DNA from: Bacteroidales bacterium
GTDB lineage: Bacteria > Bacteroidota > Bacteroidia > Bacteroidales > UBA932
Length of the DNA stretch: 64,000 bases
Direction of reading: 5' to 3'
NCBI GenBank assembly: GCA_017546125.1
Contig: JAFYXO010000013.1
Location: 33,647-97,646 of the forward strand
Of this stretch, positions 9,843 to 20,697 are shown piece after piece (position 1 is the first letter of the stretch; each line of letters starts with the position of its first letter). Position numbers and translations under genes: made by a program. The notes beneath the pieces were generated by a model that ran no database searches, was not told the DNA's origin, and worked only from the letters and a program-made list of their open reading frames with translations.

Positions 9843-11606
9843 ATGAATCAAGAAATTTTTATATCTGAAAGAGTTAAAGAGGCAGTAAAGAGTTTGTATG
9901 GTGCCTCAGCAGAGGGTATGCCTATCCAGATGCAGGCTACCAGAAAAGAGTTTGAAGGTGATGTGACCGCTGTGATGTTCCCATTGCTTAAAGTGAGCAA
10001 GAAGTCTCCAGAGGCTACAGGTGAAGAGGTGGGTGCATGGCTAAAAGCCAATACACCTGAGATTGAGTCATATAATGTGGTGAAAGGTTTCTTGAATATA
10101 AAAATTTCTCAGGCTTTCTGGAACAGTGTTTTCGCTGAGATAGCCTCTACAGAGGATTTTGGTCAGGGTGCACCATCAGGTAAGACCATCATGGTGGAGT
10201 ATTCAAGCCCAAATACCAACAAACCTCTCCACCTGGGACATATCAGAAACAACCTTTTGGGTTCGTCTGTATCCAAACTTCTGGCTGCAAACGGTCACAA
10301 TGTGATCAAAGTGAATCTGGTAAATGACCGTGGTATCCATATCTGCAAGTCTATGCTTGCTTGGCTTAAAAGAGGCAATGGGGAGACCCCTGCATCTTCA
10401 GGCAAGAAAGGTGACCACCTGGTAGGTGACTACTATGTACTATTCAACAACATGCTTAAAGAGGAGTGTGAGAAGCTTGGCTGTGAGGATAAAGATGCCC
10501 CTATCATGAAAGAGGCACAGGAGATGTTGTTCAAATGGGAGAGTGGTGATAAAGAGGTGGTGGACCTATGGAAGAAGATGAATGGCTGGGTATATGAGGG
10601 GTTCGATGAGACCTATAACAGATTGGGTATCGAATTCGATAAGATATACTATGAGTCTCAGACATATCTATTGGGTAAAGCATTGGTGCAGAAAGGTTTG
10701 GAAGCTGGTGTATTCGAGAAGATGGAGGATGGTTCTGTATGGTGTGACCTTACAGCAGATGGCCTTGACAGGAAGCTTCTTCTCCGCTCTGACGGCACAT
10801 CGGTGTATATGACACAGGATCTTGGTACAGCTGAGAGCAGATATTCTGAATTCAAACTTGATGAGATTATATATGTGGTGGGTAATGAGCAGAATTACCA
10901 TTTCCAGGTTCTCAAATTGATTTTGAAGAAGCTCGGATTTGACTGGTCAGACGCCATTTACCACTTGTCATACGGTATGGTAGAGCTACCTGAGGGTAAG
11001 ATGAAATCTCGTGAGGGTACAGTGGTGGATGCAGATGATCTTCTTGACAAGATGTACAATACCGCTAAGGAGACCTCATTGGAGCTTGGCAAGATGGATG
11101 GCATGAGTGAAGAGGAGCAGCACAAACTGTTCGAAATGTTGAGTTTGGGCGCATTGAAATACTTCATTATCAAAGTTGATCCTCGCAAGACCATGCTATT
11201 TGACCCACGTGAATCTATTGATTTCAACGGTAATACAGGTCCGTTTATCCAATATACACACGCACGTATCAAGTCTATCCTAAGGAAGGCTCAAGTGAGT
11301 GATGTAGTAGTCAAAGGTTTGGAGGATACATCAAAACTTCTTGATAAAGAGGTAAGTATCATCAAGATGCTCAACAACTTCCCTGAGAAGATCAAAGAGG
11401 GTGGTGATGCACACTCTCCAGCAGTGGTGGCTAACTACGCTTACGATTTGGCTAAGGAGTTCAACCAGTACTACCATGATGTCTCAATCATGAGAGAGGA
11501 GGATGAGCAGGTACGTATGTTCAGACTATCTCTTATCTGTGTGATAGCTAAGGTATTGACTAAAGCAATGGGTATTTTGGGCATTGAACTGCCTGAAAGA
11601 ATGTAG
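9843..11606 (+). CDS. argS: arginine--tRNA ligase
   Basis: Class I HIGH-type motif (PLHLGHIRN), Arg-tRNA synthetase core, and anticodon-binding C-terminus ending ...GIELPERM. The ATG at 9843 avoids overlap with the upstream gene. Confidence 0.93.
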   Translation: MNQEIFISERVKEAVKSLYGASAEGMPIQMQATRKEFEGDVTAVMFPLLKVSKKSPEATGEEVGAWLKANTPEIESYNVVKGFLNIKISQAFWNSVFAEIASTEDFGQGAPSGKTIMVEYSSPNTNKPLHLGHIRNNLLGSSVSKLLAANGHNVIKVNLVNDRGIHICKSMLAWLKRGNGETPASSGKKGDHLVGDYYVLFNNMLKEECEKLGCEDKDAPIMKEAQEMLFKWESGDKEVVDLWKKMNGWVYEGFDETYNRLGIEFDKIYYESQTYLLGKALVQKGLEAGVFEKMEDGSVWCDLTADGLDRKLLLRSDGTSVYMTQDLGTAESRYSEFKLDEIIYVVGNEQNYHFQVLKLILKKLGFDWSDAIYHLSYGMVELPEGKMKSREGTVVDADDLLDKMYNTAKETSLELGKMDGMSEEEQHKLFEMLSLGALKYFIIKVDPRKTMLFDPRESIDFNGNTGPFIQYTHARIKSILRKAQVSDVVVKGLEDTSKLLDKEVSIIKMLNNFPEKIKEGGDAHSPAVVANYAYDLAKEFNQYYHDVSIMREEDEQVRMFRLSLICVIAKVLTKAMGILGIELPERM

Positions 11607-11612
11607 CATCAA

Positions 11613-13331
11613 GTGTCACCTTTTTTACCAACAACCAAAAAGGAGGTTGATGCCCTCGGCTGGGACTATATCGATGTGATATTGTTCTCAGGCGATGCGT
11701 ATGTGGACCACCCCTCTTTTGGTGTGGCGGTGATAGGTCGTATACTTGAACGTGAAGGTTACCGTGTGGCCATTGTACCACAGCCTAACTGGAGAGATGA
11801 TTTGAGGGATTTCAAAAAGCTTGGAAGACCACGCCTTTTCTTCGGTGTCAGTGCTGGTGCGATGGACTCTATGGTAAACCATTATACTGCAAATAAGCGT
11901 CTTAGAAGTGATGATGCTTATACACCGGATGGAAAAGCTTCATTCAGACCCGATTATGCTGTAAAGGTCTATTCCAATATTCTTAAAGAGCTATATCCCG
12001 ATGTCCCTGTAGTAATAGGTGGCATCGAGGCCTCTTTAAGGCGTGTAACCCACTACGATTATTGGCAGGACAAACTCCTTCCATCCATTTTGGTCGATTC
12101 CAAGGCCGATTATCTTATCTATGGAATGGGTGAAAGACCTATAGTGGAGATAGCCAGAGGGTATGATGAGGGGTTAAGTGATTACCATTTCAGGAAAATA
12201 CCACAAATAGGGTATATAACAAAGAAGGGGGAGACCTCCGGAGATGATACCATTGTCCTCAAATCTTATGAGGAGTGTCTGGCATCCAAAAAGACATTTG
12301 TTGAGAATTTCAATATCATAGAGGTGGAGGCAAACAAGCTTCACGCCAAAAGGCTTGTTGAGCCAGTAGGGGATAGTGAGGTAGTGATCAATCCACCATT
12401 TCCTCCAGCCACAGAGGAGGAGATGGACTCATATTTTGACCTCCCTTTTACCAAATTGCCCCATCCCAGATATAAGGGAAAGAGGATACCTGCCTACGAT
12501 ATGATCAAATTCTCCATCAATATCCATCATGGATGTTTTGGGGGGTGCAGTTTCTGTACAATAGCGGCTCATCAGGGCAGATTTATACAAAACAGGTCAT
12601 GTAACAATATTGTTAACGAGATTAACAAACTTGTTACTCATCCTGAATTCAAAGGTGTTATATCTGATGTAGGTGCTCCTACCGCAAATATGTATAAAAT
12701 GGGTGGAAAGGACCGCAAACTGTGTGACAAGTGCAGCCGCAAGTCGTGTCTCTTCCCCAAAATGTGCCCGAATCTGGACCATTCACACCAGGAGGTCCTC
12801 AATCTTTACAGGGAGATATCCAAGATCAAAGGGGTCAAAAAATTTTTCATAGGGAGCGGTATCAGATACGATCTTTTCTTGAATGAAGAGGGGTATTTGG
12901 ACAGTACCTCAAAACCTTATCTTCAGGAGTTGGTTACCAAGCACACTTCAGGAAGGTTGAAGGTGGCACCGGAGCATACGGAGGAGAGGGTCCTCAAATA
13001 TATGTCAAAGCCTACATTCAAACTCTTTTCGGTACTCAGGAGGGAGTTTGACAAGATTATACACAGAGAGGGGCTGAAATATCAGCTTGTCCCTTATTTC
13101 ATATCGTCCCATCCGGGATGTAAGCTGGAGGATATGGTAAACTTGTCCCAGAACAAGGATTTGAAAGGTGTCTATATGGAACAAGTTCAGGACTTTACAC
13201 CCACACCTATGACAGCATCCTCGGCTATGTACTATTCAGGAATGGATTTGAAAACATTCAAGCCTATTTTTGTAGAAAAGAATCAGGAAAATAAAAAGAG
13301 ACAAAAATCTTATTTTTTTTCTCGCAGATAA
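11613..13331 (+). CDS. YgiQ-family (UPF0313) radical SAM protein
   Basis: N-terminal FLPTTKKEVDALGWDYIDVILFSGDAYVDHPSFG and radical-SAM cysteine cluster CFGGCSFCTI. Confidence 0.85.
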   Translation: MSPFLPTTKKEVDALGWDYIDVILFSGDAYVDHPSFGVAVIGRILEREGYRVAIVPQPNWRDDLRDFKKLGRPRLFFGVSAGAMDSMVNHYTANKRLRSDDAYTPDGKASFRPDYAVKVYSNILKELYPDVPVVIGGIEASLRRVTHYDYWQDKLLPSILVDSKADYLIYGMGERPIVEIARGYDEGLSDYHFRKIPQIGYITKKGETSGDDTIVLKSYEECLASKKTFVENFNIIEVEANKLHAKRLVEPVGDSEVVINPPFPPATEEEMDSYFDLPFTKLPHPRYKGKRIPAYDMIKFSINIHHGCFGGCSFCTIAAHQGRFIQNRSCNNIVNEINKLVTHPEFKGVISDVGAPTANMYKMGGKDRKLCDKCSRKSCLFPKMCPNLDHSHQEVLNLYREISKIKGVKKFFIGSGIRYDLFLNEEGYLDSTSKPYLQELVTKHTSGRLKVAPEHTEERVLKYMSKPTFKLFSVLRREFDKIIHREGLKYQLVPYFISSHPGCKLEDMVNLSQNKDLKGVYMEQVQDFTPTPMTASSAMYYSGMDLKTFKPIFVEKNQENKKRQKSYFFSRR

Positions 13332-13376
13332 GATAAAAAGCATTATTATTGCACCGAGAATTATATCTATTAACAC

Positions 13377-13736
13377 ATGAGCAGAACAGTTGGTAAAGCA
13401 GCATCTTCTATTAAGAGAGCAGTGGTAAGTTATGAGAATATGTCGGCAGAGTTGCAGGCAGCATTCAAGGAGAAGTATCCTAAGGGATATGCCGATTACA
13501 TGGGTGATATTTTCAAAGTGGACAAACCTGACGGTACATCTTTCTACGCAGTATCTGTAGAGATGCCGGGCGCTATATATTTGGTGAAAATATCAGTTAA
13601 GGTAGATGACTATGAGGATGTAGAGAAAGATCTGTTCAACGATGGTATGGATGATGATGCCGGAGACGGTACATTCCCAGAGGATGGAACAGATTCATCT
13701 GCTTTCAATGACGATGATGATTCGAAAGAGGAATAA
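13377..13736 (+). CDS. small hypothetical protein with highly acidic C-terminal tail
   Basis: 119-aa ORF. The C-terminal third is D/E-rich (NDGMDDDAGDGTFPEDGTDSSAFNDDDDSKEE). No recognised motif. Confidence 0.6.
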   Translation: MSRTVGKAASSIKRAVVSYENMSAELQAAFKEKYPKGYADYMGDIFKVDKPDGTSFYAVSVEMPGAIYLVKISVKVDDYEDVEKDLFNDGMDDDAGDGTFPEDGTDSSAFNDDDDSKEE

Positions 13737-15495
13737 TATAATCCACTCGATTTCACGTTTGCTGCATAAGCTCCCTGAAGCACAGTTCCTTTTGATTTTA
13801 GCTTTTATAGTGGGTCTTGTTAGCGGCGGGGCTGCAGTTGCCTTAAAACTGATGATAGAACTTGTAGGAGACTTGTTGATTGGTTGGTTTGATACCACTA
13901 CCGACAGTTTCCTATATTTGTTATATCCTGGTCTTGGTATGCTTATAGCGATGCTTCTGGTCAGATATCTCATTAAGGACAATATCGGCCACGGTGTCAC
14001 TAAGGTTCTTCTGGCAGTATCCAAGAATAACTCAAAAATCAAATCCCACAACACATGGTCTTCATTGTTGACCAGTTCGATCACTATCGGGTTTGGTGGA
14101 TCGGTAGGAGCTGAGGCACCTATTGTATATACCGGTGCAGCTATTGGCTCAAATATAGCCAGACATCTGGGTCTCTCTTACAAACAGATGACCATTCTGC
14201 TCGGGTGTGGTGCTGCAGGTGCAGTGGCAGGTATTTTCAAGGCACCTATGGCCGGAATCCTGTTTACCCTGGAGATATTGCTCTTCAATATCTCAATGAC
14301 ATCCATCCTCCCTCTATTGATGTCCACAGTGACAGCTACAGCGGTGTCATACCTTTTCTTCGGAAGGGATGTCGCTTTTATGAGCACCATCGACCCATTT
14401 GTGATGAAAAATATCCCTTACTATTTGGTGCTTGGGGTATTTTGTGGATTCGTATCGCTCTATTTTACCAGAACCACATTGAGTCTCGAAGATAAAATCA
14501 AGGGTATTGAGAATCCATATAAGAGATGGGCTTTCAGTGCATTGATGTTGGGTATATTGATCTATATCTTCCCACCTCTGTATGGTGAAGGTTACCACGC
14601 ACTCGAATCCCTTCTTACAGGTAATCCTGTGCAGGGACTTGATACTTCACTCTTTGCTTCGCTGTTGAATTACAAGTGGTTTGTCCCTATATTCTTCCTG
14701 TTTGTATTGATTTTCAAAGTGTTCGCCATGTCGTTCACAAATGCGGGCGGTGGAGTTGGAGGTACATTCGGTCCTACATTGATCGTAGGCGGTATAGCGG
14801 GCTTTGTTCTGGCCAGGGTGATTAACCTTACCGGAATCCATGTCCTCCCCGAGAACAATTTTGTCCTTGTGGGTATGGCAGGCTTGATGGCCGGTGTGAT
14901 GCAGGCTCCGATGACCGCTATCTTCCTTATCGCGGAGATTACAGGAGGTTACGAACTGCTGATGCCATTGAGTATTACGGCTGCAATATCGTTCGCTACC
15001 ATACGTATCTTTGAGCCATATTCGATCTATACCAAACGAATTGCCAAGAGTGGAGAACTCCTTACCCACGACAGTGATCAGGCGGTATTGACCCTGCTGA
15101 AGACCTCTGATCTTATAGAGTCCGATTTCTGCCCTGTACATATGGAGGACAATCTGGGCAGTTTGGTCGATGTGGTGGCAAAATCAAAGCGCAATATCTT
15201 CCCTGTAGTGGATTCAAACGACAAATTCCAGGGATTTATCTCTCTTGATGATATCAGGATGATAATGTTTGACAGGGAGAAGTACAATGAAGTATTTGTA
15301 TACAATATAATGAAGCAGCCCCCTTATACTGTCTGCGACTGTGAGAAAATGGACAGTGTGATGAGAAAATTCGAAAAGAGTGGGGCTTGGAATCTCCCGG
15401 TAGTGACCGAAGAGAACAAATATTTGGGATTTGTGTCCAAGTCCAAGATATTCTCTTCGTATAGGGAGAAACTTCAGGATGTTTCCCACGACTAA
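13708..15495 (+). CDS. ClC-family voltage-gated chloride channel/antiporter with C-terminal CBS pair
   Basis: GSGIP-like GFGGSVGAEAPIV, GKEGP-like GIFKAPMAG and GGVGGTFGPTL motifs. Two CBS-like repeats at the C-terminus. Start uncertain: ATGs at 13708/13714/17 or TTG at 13759. The track start at 13642 overlaps the upstream gene by 95 nt. Confidence 0.85.
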   Translation: MTMMIRKRNNIIHSISRLLHKLPEAQFLLILAFIVGLVSGGAAVALKLMIELVGDLLIGWFDTTTDSFLYLLYPGLGMLIAMLLVRYLIKDNIGHGVTKVLLAVSKNNSKIKSHNTWSSLLTSSITIGFGGSVGAEAPIVYTGAAIGSNIARHLGLSYKQMTILLGCGAAGAVAGIFKAPMAGILFTLEILLFNISMTSILPLLMSTVTATAVSYLFFGRDVAFMSTIDPFVMKNIPYYLVLGVFCGFVSLYFTRTTLSLEDKIKGIENPYKRWAFSALMLGILIYIFPPLYGEGYHALESLLTGNPVQGLDTSLFASLLNYKWFVPIFFLFVLIFKVFAMSFTNAGGGVGGTFGPTLIVGGIAGFVLARVINLTGIHVLPENNFVLVGMAGLMAGVMQAPMTAIFLIAEITGGYELLMPLSITAAISFATIRIFEPYSIYTKRIAKSGELLTHDSDQAVLTLLKTSDLIESDFCPVHMEDNLGSLVDVVAKSKRNIFPVVDSNDKFQGFISLDDIRMIMFDREKYNEVFVYNIMKQPPYTVCDCEKMDSVMRKFEKSGAWNLPVVTEENKYLGFVSKSKIFSSYREKLQDVSHD

Positions 15496-15507
15496 TCCAA
15501 ACCTATT

Positions 15508-17649
15508 ATGAAACCTTTGTATATCGATTTTATAAGCCGGAGGCTAAGTGTATCCGGATGGCAAGTCCAACACTGTATTGACCTTTTTGAGGAGGGGGCG
15601 ACCATCCCTTTCATCTCCAGGTACAGAAAGGAGAGGACCGGTGGTCTGGATGAGGCACAGGTGGGAGAGGTGAAGCACTACTATCAGAAGTTTGAGGAGC
15701 TTGAGAAGAGGAAGGAGGGGATACTTGCATCGATTCAGGAGCAAGGGAAACTGACGGATGAGCTGAAATCGGAGATAGACAAGTGTGTGGAAACCCAGCA
15801 CTTGGAGGATTTGTATCTCCCATACAGACCAAAAAGGAAGACCAAGGCCTCTATAGCCAAAGAGAGAGGTCTGGAACCTTTGGCAATGGATATTTTCAAC
15901 TGCAAGGTGGATGATCCTGCAAAGTGCGCACAAAGGTATCTCAATGATCAGGTGGAGGATAGTGATGCTGCACTTCAGGGTGCAAGGGACATTATAGCTG
16001 AGTGGATATCGGAGTCTATTGAGGTGAGGACAGCCCTCAGAACCCAATATTCAAAATATGGAAAGGTCTCTGCAAAAGTGGCCAGAGGTGTGGATGAGGA
16101 GTCTGATGAGGCTCAGAAATATAAGAACTACTTCGATTTCTCGGAGGATATCAGCAGAGCACCGTCACACAGGGTATTGGCTATCCTTAGAGGTGCCTCT
16201 GAGGGAATTTTGAGTGTAAAAGTGGAGGTGGATAGCGACAGATCGCTTGACAGAATCTACAGTTTGGCCCTTAAAGGGAAGAGAAACCCTTCCGATAAGG
16301 TGGCTGAGCAGATAGATATTGCTGTGGAGGATTCATATAAGAGGCTTCTCCATCCCTCTATTGAGAATGAGTCACTCAAGATAGTGAAGGAGAGGGCAGA
16401 TATTGAATCCATAAAGGTGTTCGGGGAGAATCTCAGACAGCTGCTGATGGCTCCACCTTTGGGACAAAAGAGGGTTCTTGCAATAGATCCCGGCTTCAGA
16501 ACAGGCTGTAAAGTGGTGTGTCTGGATGCTCAGGGAGCCTTGCTTCATAACGATGTGATATATCCTCATCCACCGGTAAATGAGCGTACTATGGCGATGA
16601 AGAAGGTCTCAAATCTGGTGGAGGCTTACAAAATAGAGGTGATAGCTATAGGCAATGGTACTGCTGGCAGGGAGACAGAGGCATTTATAAAGAAACTTGC
16701 CCTTCCTGAGGGTGTGAGGGTATACTCGGTAAGTGAGGATGGTGCTTCTGTATATTCTGCATCATCTGTGGCGAGGGAGGAGTTCCCCGAGTATGATGTA
16801 ACTGTGAGGGGTGCAGTCTCTATCGGACGCAGAATTATGGACCCTTTGGCAGAATTGGTGAAGATAGATCCCAAATCGATAGGTGTAGGGCAATATCAGC
16901 ACGATGTGGACCAGACACTTCTGAAAGAGAATCTGGACAATGTGGTGGAGAGTTGTGTTAATAGTGTCGGTGTAAACTTGAACACCGCCAGCAAGCACCT
17001 TTTGGGATATGTGTCGGGTATCGGACCTGCCATTGCACAAAATATAGTCGACTACAGGACTCAGAATGGTCCGTTCCTTTCACGTAAAGATCTACTTAAG
17101 GTCAAAAGGCTTGGAGACAAGGTGTATGAGCAGTGTGCAGGCTTTTTGCGTATTCCTGGGGCTACAAATCCACTGGACAATTCTGCTGTCCATCCCGAGA
17201 GGTATCAGCTCGTTCAGAAGATGGCCAAAGATATCTCTGTAACAGTAGAGGATCTCATTAAAGATGAGCAGGTAAGGGGTATGGTGGATGTGAAGAAATA
17301 TATCTCTGAAGATGTGGGTTTGCCCACTTTGAATGATATTATGGCTGAGCTTGCCAAGCCGGGACGTGACCCTCGTGCATCCATTAAAATTCTCGAATTC
17401 AGCGATGAAATCAAGAGTATAGAGGATGTGAAGGTGGGGATGGAACTTCCTGGCATCATCACCAATATTACCAATTTCGGTGCATTTGTCGATTTTGGTA
17501 TTAAGCAGAATGGCCTTATACATGTCTCAAAACTATCAAACAAATTCATTACCAATCCTGCAGATGTGGTGAAGATACACCAGCATGTGAAGGTGAAGGT
17601 GATAGAGGTAGATATGAGAAGACAGAGGATAGCTCTGGCCCTCTTATAG
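15508..17649 (+). CDS. tex: Tex-like transcription accessory protein (YqgF/RuvC-like + HhH + S1 domains)
   Basis: N-terminal Tex helix-turn-helix (ATIPFISRYRKERTGGLDE), central IDPGFRTGCK, and C-terminal S1 domain (GIITNITNFGAFVDFG). Confidence 0.92.
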   Translation: MKPLYIDFISRRLSVSGWQVQHCIDLFEEGATIPFISRYRKERTGGLDEAQVGEVKHYYQKFEELEKRKEGILASIQEQGKLTDELKSEIDKCVETQHLEDLYLPYRPKRKTKASIAKERGLEPLAMDIFNCKVDDPAKCAQRYLNDQVEDSDAALQGARDIIAEWISESIEVRTALRTQYSKYGKVSAKVARGVDEESDEAQKYKNYFDFSEDISRAPSHRVLAILRGASEGILSVKVEVDSDRSLDRIYSLALKGKRNPSDKVAEQIDIAVEDSYKRLLHPSIENESLKIVKERADIESIKVFGENLRQLLMAPPLGQKRVLAIDPGFRTGCKVVCLDAQGALLHNDVIYPHPPVNERTMAMKKVSNLVEAYKIEVIAIGNGTAGRETEAFIKKLALPEGVRVYSVSEDGASVYSASSVAREEFPEYDVTVRGAVSIGRRIMDPLAELVKIDPKSIGVGQYQHDVDQTLLKENLDNVVESCVNSVGVNLNTASKHLLGYVSGIGPAIAQNIVDYRTQNGPFLSRKDLLKVKRLGDKVYEQCAGFLRIPGATNPLDNSAVHPERYQLVQKMAKDISVTVEDLIKDEQVRGMVDVKKYISEDVGLPTLNDIMAELAKPGRDPRASIKILEFSDEIKSIEDVKVGMELPGIITNITNFGAFVDFGIKQNGLIHVSKLSNKFITNPADVVKIHQHVKVKVIEVDMRRQRIALALL

Positions 17650-17669
17650 TCTCAAGAGAGATTCTTTCC

Positions 17670-18548
17670 TTACTTTTGGGTGACGGCAACTCCGAGGATA
17701 ACTATCAGGATTCCCAGTATTTGCGGCCATGTAAAGGTTTCGTATCCATATATATAAGCCCCAATGGCCGACACGGCAGGGATAAGGGATGTGAATATGC
17801 TTGAGCGTGCAATTCCGAGCGATTTGATCGCAAAAATGTAGAGTACGAATGACAGGCACGAGCATAGGATCGCAAGTGATATCAGCGGAGTGAATATCTC
17901 CGGTGAGAAAATCCTTACTATCTCATAATCTGAATTGAATCCTAGGAAGAAGGGGAAGAAAAGCACGGCTCCAAAGACAAACTGATATGTGGCAATGGTG
18001 AAGCTGTTGTATTTGCTTAACATTCTCACCACAGATGAATATCCCACTGAGCCGAAAATGGCCAGGAACAGGAGGGCAATTCCCCACCAGTATTCGGGGG
18101 TCATATCTCCTGTATTGAATACCATCAAAAGTATACCGGGTATGGTAAGGATAACCCCGACCACATTTATCCAGCTGACTTTCTCCTTATAGATAAATAC
18201 ACCTGCAGCAAGTGCAAATACAGGTATCAGTGCTATTATGAGGGCGCTGAGGGTGGGGGAGTTTGTCGCCTGAAGGCCGAATGTCTCACCGATAAAGTAT
18301 ATGAATGGTTCGAAAAAGGCCATAAGCAACATCAGCCACCAATCCTTCTTCTCCACTTTCTGAAGTTTGCCGGTAACAGCTGAAAAAATCAAGAGCAGTA
18401 ATCCCGCAATCAACATTCTGAAGAATATGAAAGTGAAGACAGGGATATCTTCCAGGAGTATCTGATTGGTCCAAATAAATGAGAACCCCCAGAAGAATAT
18501 TGCCATAAATATGGCGACGTATACTTTGATATTCATATTATCTCTCAA
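17670..18548 (-). CDS. EamA/DMT-family transporter
   Basis: About 10 TM segments in two EamA-like halves. An alternative ATG at 18536 removes the overlap with pyrC. Confidence 0.8.
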   Translation of the reverse strand: MRDNMNIKVYVAIFMAIFFWGFSFIWTNQILLEDIPVFTFIFFRMLIAGLLLLIFSAVTGKLQKVEKKDWWLMLLMAFFEPFIYFIGETFGLQATNSPTLSALIIALIPVFALAAGVFIYKEKVSWINVVGVILTIPGILLMVFNTGDMTPEYWWGIALLFLAIFGSVGYSSVVRMLSKYNSFTIATYQFVFGAVLFFPFFLGFNSDYEIVRIFSPEIFTPLISLAILCSCLSFVLYIFAIKSLGIARSSIFTSLIPAVSAIGAYIYGYETFTWPQILGILIVILGVAVTQK

Positions 18549-19896
18549 ATGTCACTCTTTGACCACCTTTAAGGCCTGTAAGTTTGTAATCTTTTACAAC
18601 CTGGACTCCATTTACGAATGTGTGGACTACACCATAGTCCAGACTCTCCTCTGAGACTGGTGTCCATCCGCATTTGTAGGCAGGTGCAGCAGCTTGGCTT
18701 TTGGTCTCTTCGACCAGTACAAGATCTGCGAAGTACCCTTCACGGATATATCCCCTCATGGAGATAGCAAATGTTTGTGCAGGTGCGTGTGAAAGCATCT
18801 GTGGAACGGTCTCAATAGGGAAGACACCCTCTTTAGAGAGCTGCAGCATCATTCTGAGAGAGTGCTGTACGGTAGGGAGACCCGAAGGGGCCTGGGTATA
18901 ATTTCCACCCTTTTCAGATAGCAGGTGTGGTGCGTGGTCTGTTGCGACAGCGCCAGGGAGACCTTTTGCTACAGCATTGCGTAGCGCCTCCATATCTGAA
19001 CGGCGTTTGATGGCAGGATTGCATTTGATCCTGGTGCCGTATTTTGGGTAATCTTCGTCGCAGAACCACAAATAGTGTACGCACACTTCAAACGAGATCT
19101 TTGGATTCTTTTTCTGCGCTTCGAGTACCATCTCCACCTCATCTGCTGTACTTGTGTGGAGAATATGGAGCTGGGCGCCGCTTCGAACCGCCATATCGAT
19201 GGCTTTGGCAGTCGATTTGATGCAAGCTTCGCGACTTCTGATATTGGGGTGCTCCGAGACAGGGATGTCATCGCCGTATCTCTCTTTGGCTGCTGCCAAT
19301 GCCTCTCTGATGGAGGTCTCATCCTCGCAGTGGGTCGCTATTAGTGTGGGTGAGCTCTCAAAAACTGCTTTCAGTGCCTCTTCACTGTCTACCAGCATAT
19401 TGCCTGTAGATGAACCCATAAAGAGTTTTACTCCGCAATTGGTTTTCGGGTCAAGTTTGATAACCTGATCAATATTCTCATTGGATGCTCCGAGGTAGAA
19501 TGAGTAGTTTGTGGTGGAGTTTTCTGCTGCAATGGCATATTTCTCTTCGAGATGTCCGATTGTGCAGGCGGGTGGATTGTTGTTGGGCATATCCATGTAG
19601 GATGTCACCCCTCCAAGGGCAGCTGCTGCACTCTCTGATGCGATATCCCCCTTGTGGGTGGCACCGGGCTCACGGAAGTGGACCTGATCATCAATAACAC
19701 CGGGGAGGAGGATCATACCTTGGGCATCAAGCACCTCCAAATGGTCTGAAGACTCCTCGATAGCCTGCAGTTTGATGCTGTAGTCAGGATCTTCAGTGTC
19801 GAGGATTTTGGATATTATCTTGTTGGTAATCAAAAGGCTACCCTTGAAAGATAGCCCTTCGTTTATAATTGTAGCATTTTTGATTAGTGTGCTCAT
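18538..19896 (-). CDS. pyrC: dihydroorotase-type cyclic amidohydrolase
   Basis: Metal-binding DDQVHFREPG, later HILHTST and ATDHAPH motifs. ~450 aa, as in Bacteroidota PyrC. Confidence 0.8.
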   Translation of the reverse strand: MSTLIKNATIINEGLSFKGSLLITNKIISKILDTEDPDYSIKLQAIEESSDHLEVLDAQGMILLPGVIDDQVHFREPGATHKGDIASESAAAALGGVTSYMDMPNNNPPACTIGHLEEKYAIAAENSTTNYSFYLGASNENIDQVIKLDPKTNCGVKLFMGSSTGNMLVDSEEALKAVFESSPTLIATHCEDETSIREALAAAKERYGDDIPVSEHPNIRSREACIKSTAKAIDMAVRSGAQLHILHTSTADEVEMVLEAQKKNPKISFEVCVHYLWFCDEDYPKYGTRIKCNPAIKRRSDMEALRNAVAKGLPGAVATDHAPHLLSEKGGNYTQAPSGLPTVQHSLRMMLQLSKEGVFPIETVPQMLSHAPAQTFAISMRGYIREGYFADLVLVEETKSQAAAPAYKCGWTPVSEESLDYGVVHTFVNGVQVVKDYKLTGLKGGQRVTFER

Positions 19897-19898
19897 AT

Positions 19899-20624
19899 TT
19901 ATCTTGCCCTTATTTTTCTGAATTTAAGCTTTAGAACACCCCAGAATGCTTCTCCGAAGATGGAGCTGCTCATTTTGGATGTCCCTTCCACTCTGTCGGT
20001 GAAAAGTATCGGAACCTCCTGAATCTTGAATCCAAGCTTGTACGCATTGTATTTCATCTCTATCTGGAATCCGTAACCTTTCATCTCAATATTTGGAAGA
20101 TTGATGGTCTCGAGGACCTTTCTGCTGTAGCATACAAAACCTGCAGTGGAGTCGTAAATTTTCATCCCTAGGACCGATCTTACATAGAAAGACGCACCAT
20201 AGGAGATCATAATGCGACCTACAGGCCAGTCTTTGACGGCGATACCTCTGCAATAGCGGGATCCGATCGACATGTCGTTACCATCCACGGCACAGGCGTC
20301 GTGAAGACGGATAAGGTCGTCTGGATCGTGCGAAAAGTCGGCATCCATCTCGAAAATATAGTCGTATTTGTGCTCTATTGCCCAGTTGAAACCTGCTATG
20401 TATGCCGTTCCAAGTCCCAGTTTGCCTGTGCGCTCAATGATGAAAAGGGAGGTTGGGTACTCTTTCATCAGACGCTTTACGATATTTGCTGTCCCGTCAG
20501 GTGATCCGTCATCCACCACCAAAATATGGAAGCCCCCCTTCATGGAGAAGACTTTGCGAACCATCTTCTCGATATTCTCTTTCTCGTTGTAAGTGGGGAT
20601 AATGACCAATTTGCTTGTTTCCAT
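19899..20624 (-). CDS. GT2 polyprenol-phosphate mannosyltransferase (Dpm1-like)
   Basis: IIPTYNEKENI, VVDDGSPDGT and MDADFSHDP motifs. Confidence 0.85.
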   Translation of the reverse strand: METSKLVIIPTYNEKENIEKMVRKVFSMKGGFHILVVDDGSPDGTANIVKRLMKEYPTSLFIIERTGKLGLGTAYIAGFNWAIEHKYDYIFEMDADFSHDPDDLIRLHDACAVDGNDMSIGSRYCRGIAVKDWPVGRIMISYGASFYVRSVLGMKIYDSTAGFVCYSRKVLETINLPNIEMKGYGFQIEMKYNAYKLGFKIQEVPILFTDRVEGTSKMSSSIFGEAFWGVLKLKFRKIRAR

Positions 20625-20697
20625 CTCAAATCTTGATTTAATCTCCCAAAGGTAGGAAAATTATTGTTATCTTCGTGTTTGCAATTCTGAAATAGTG

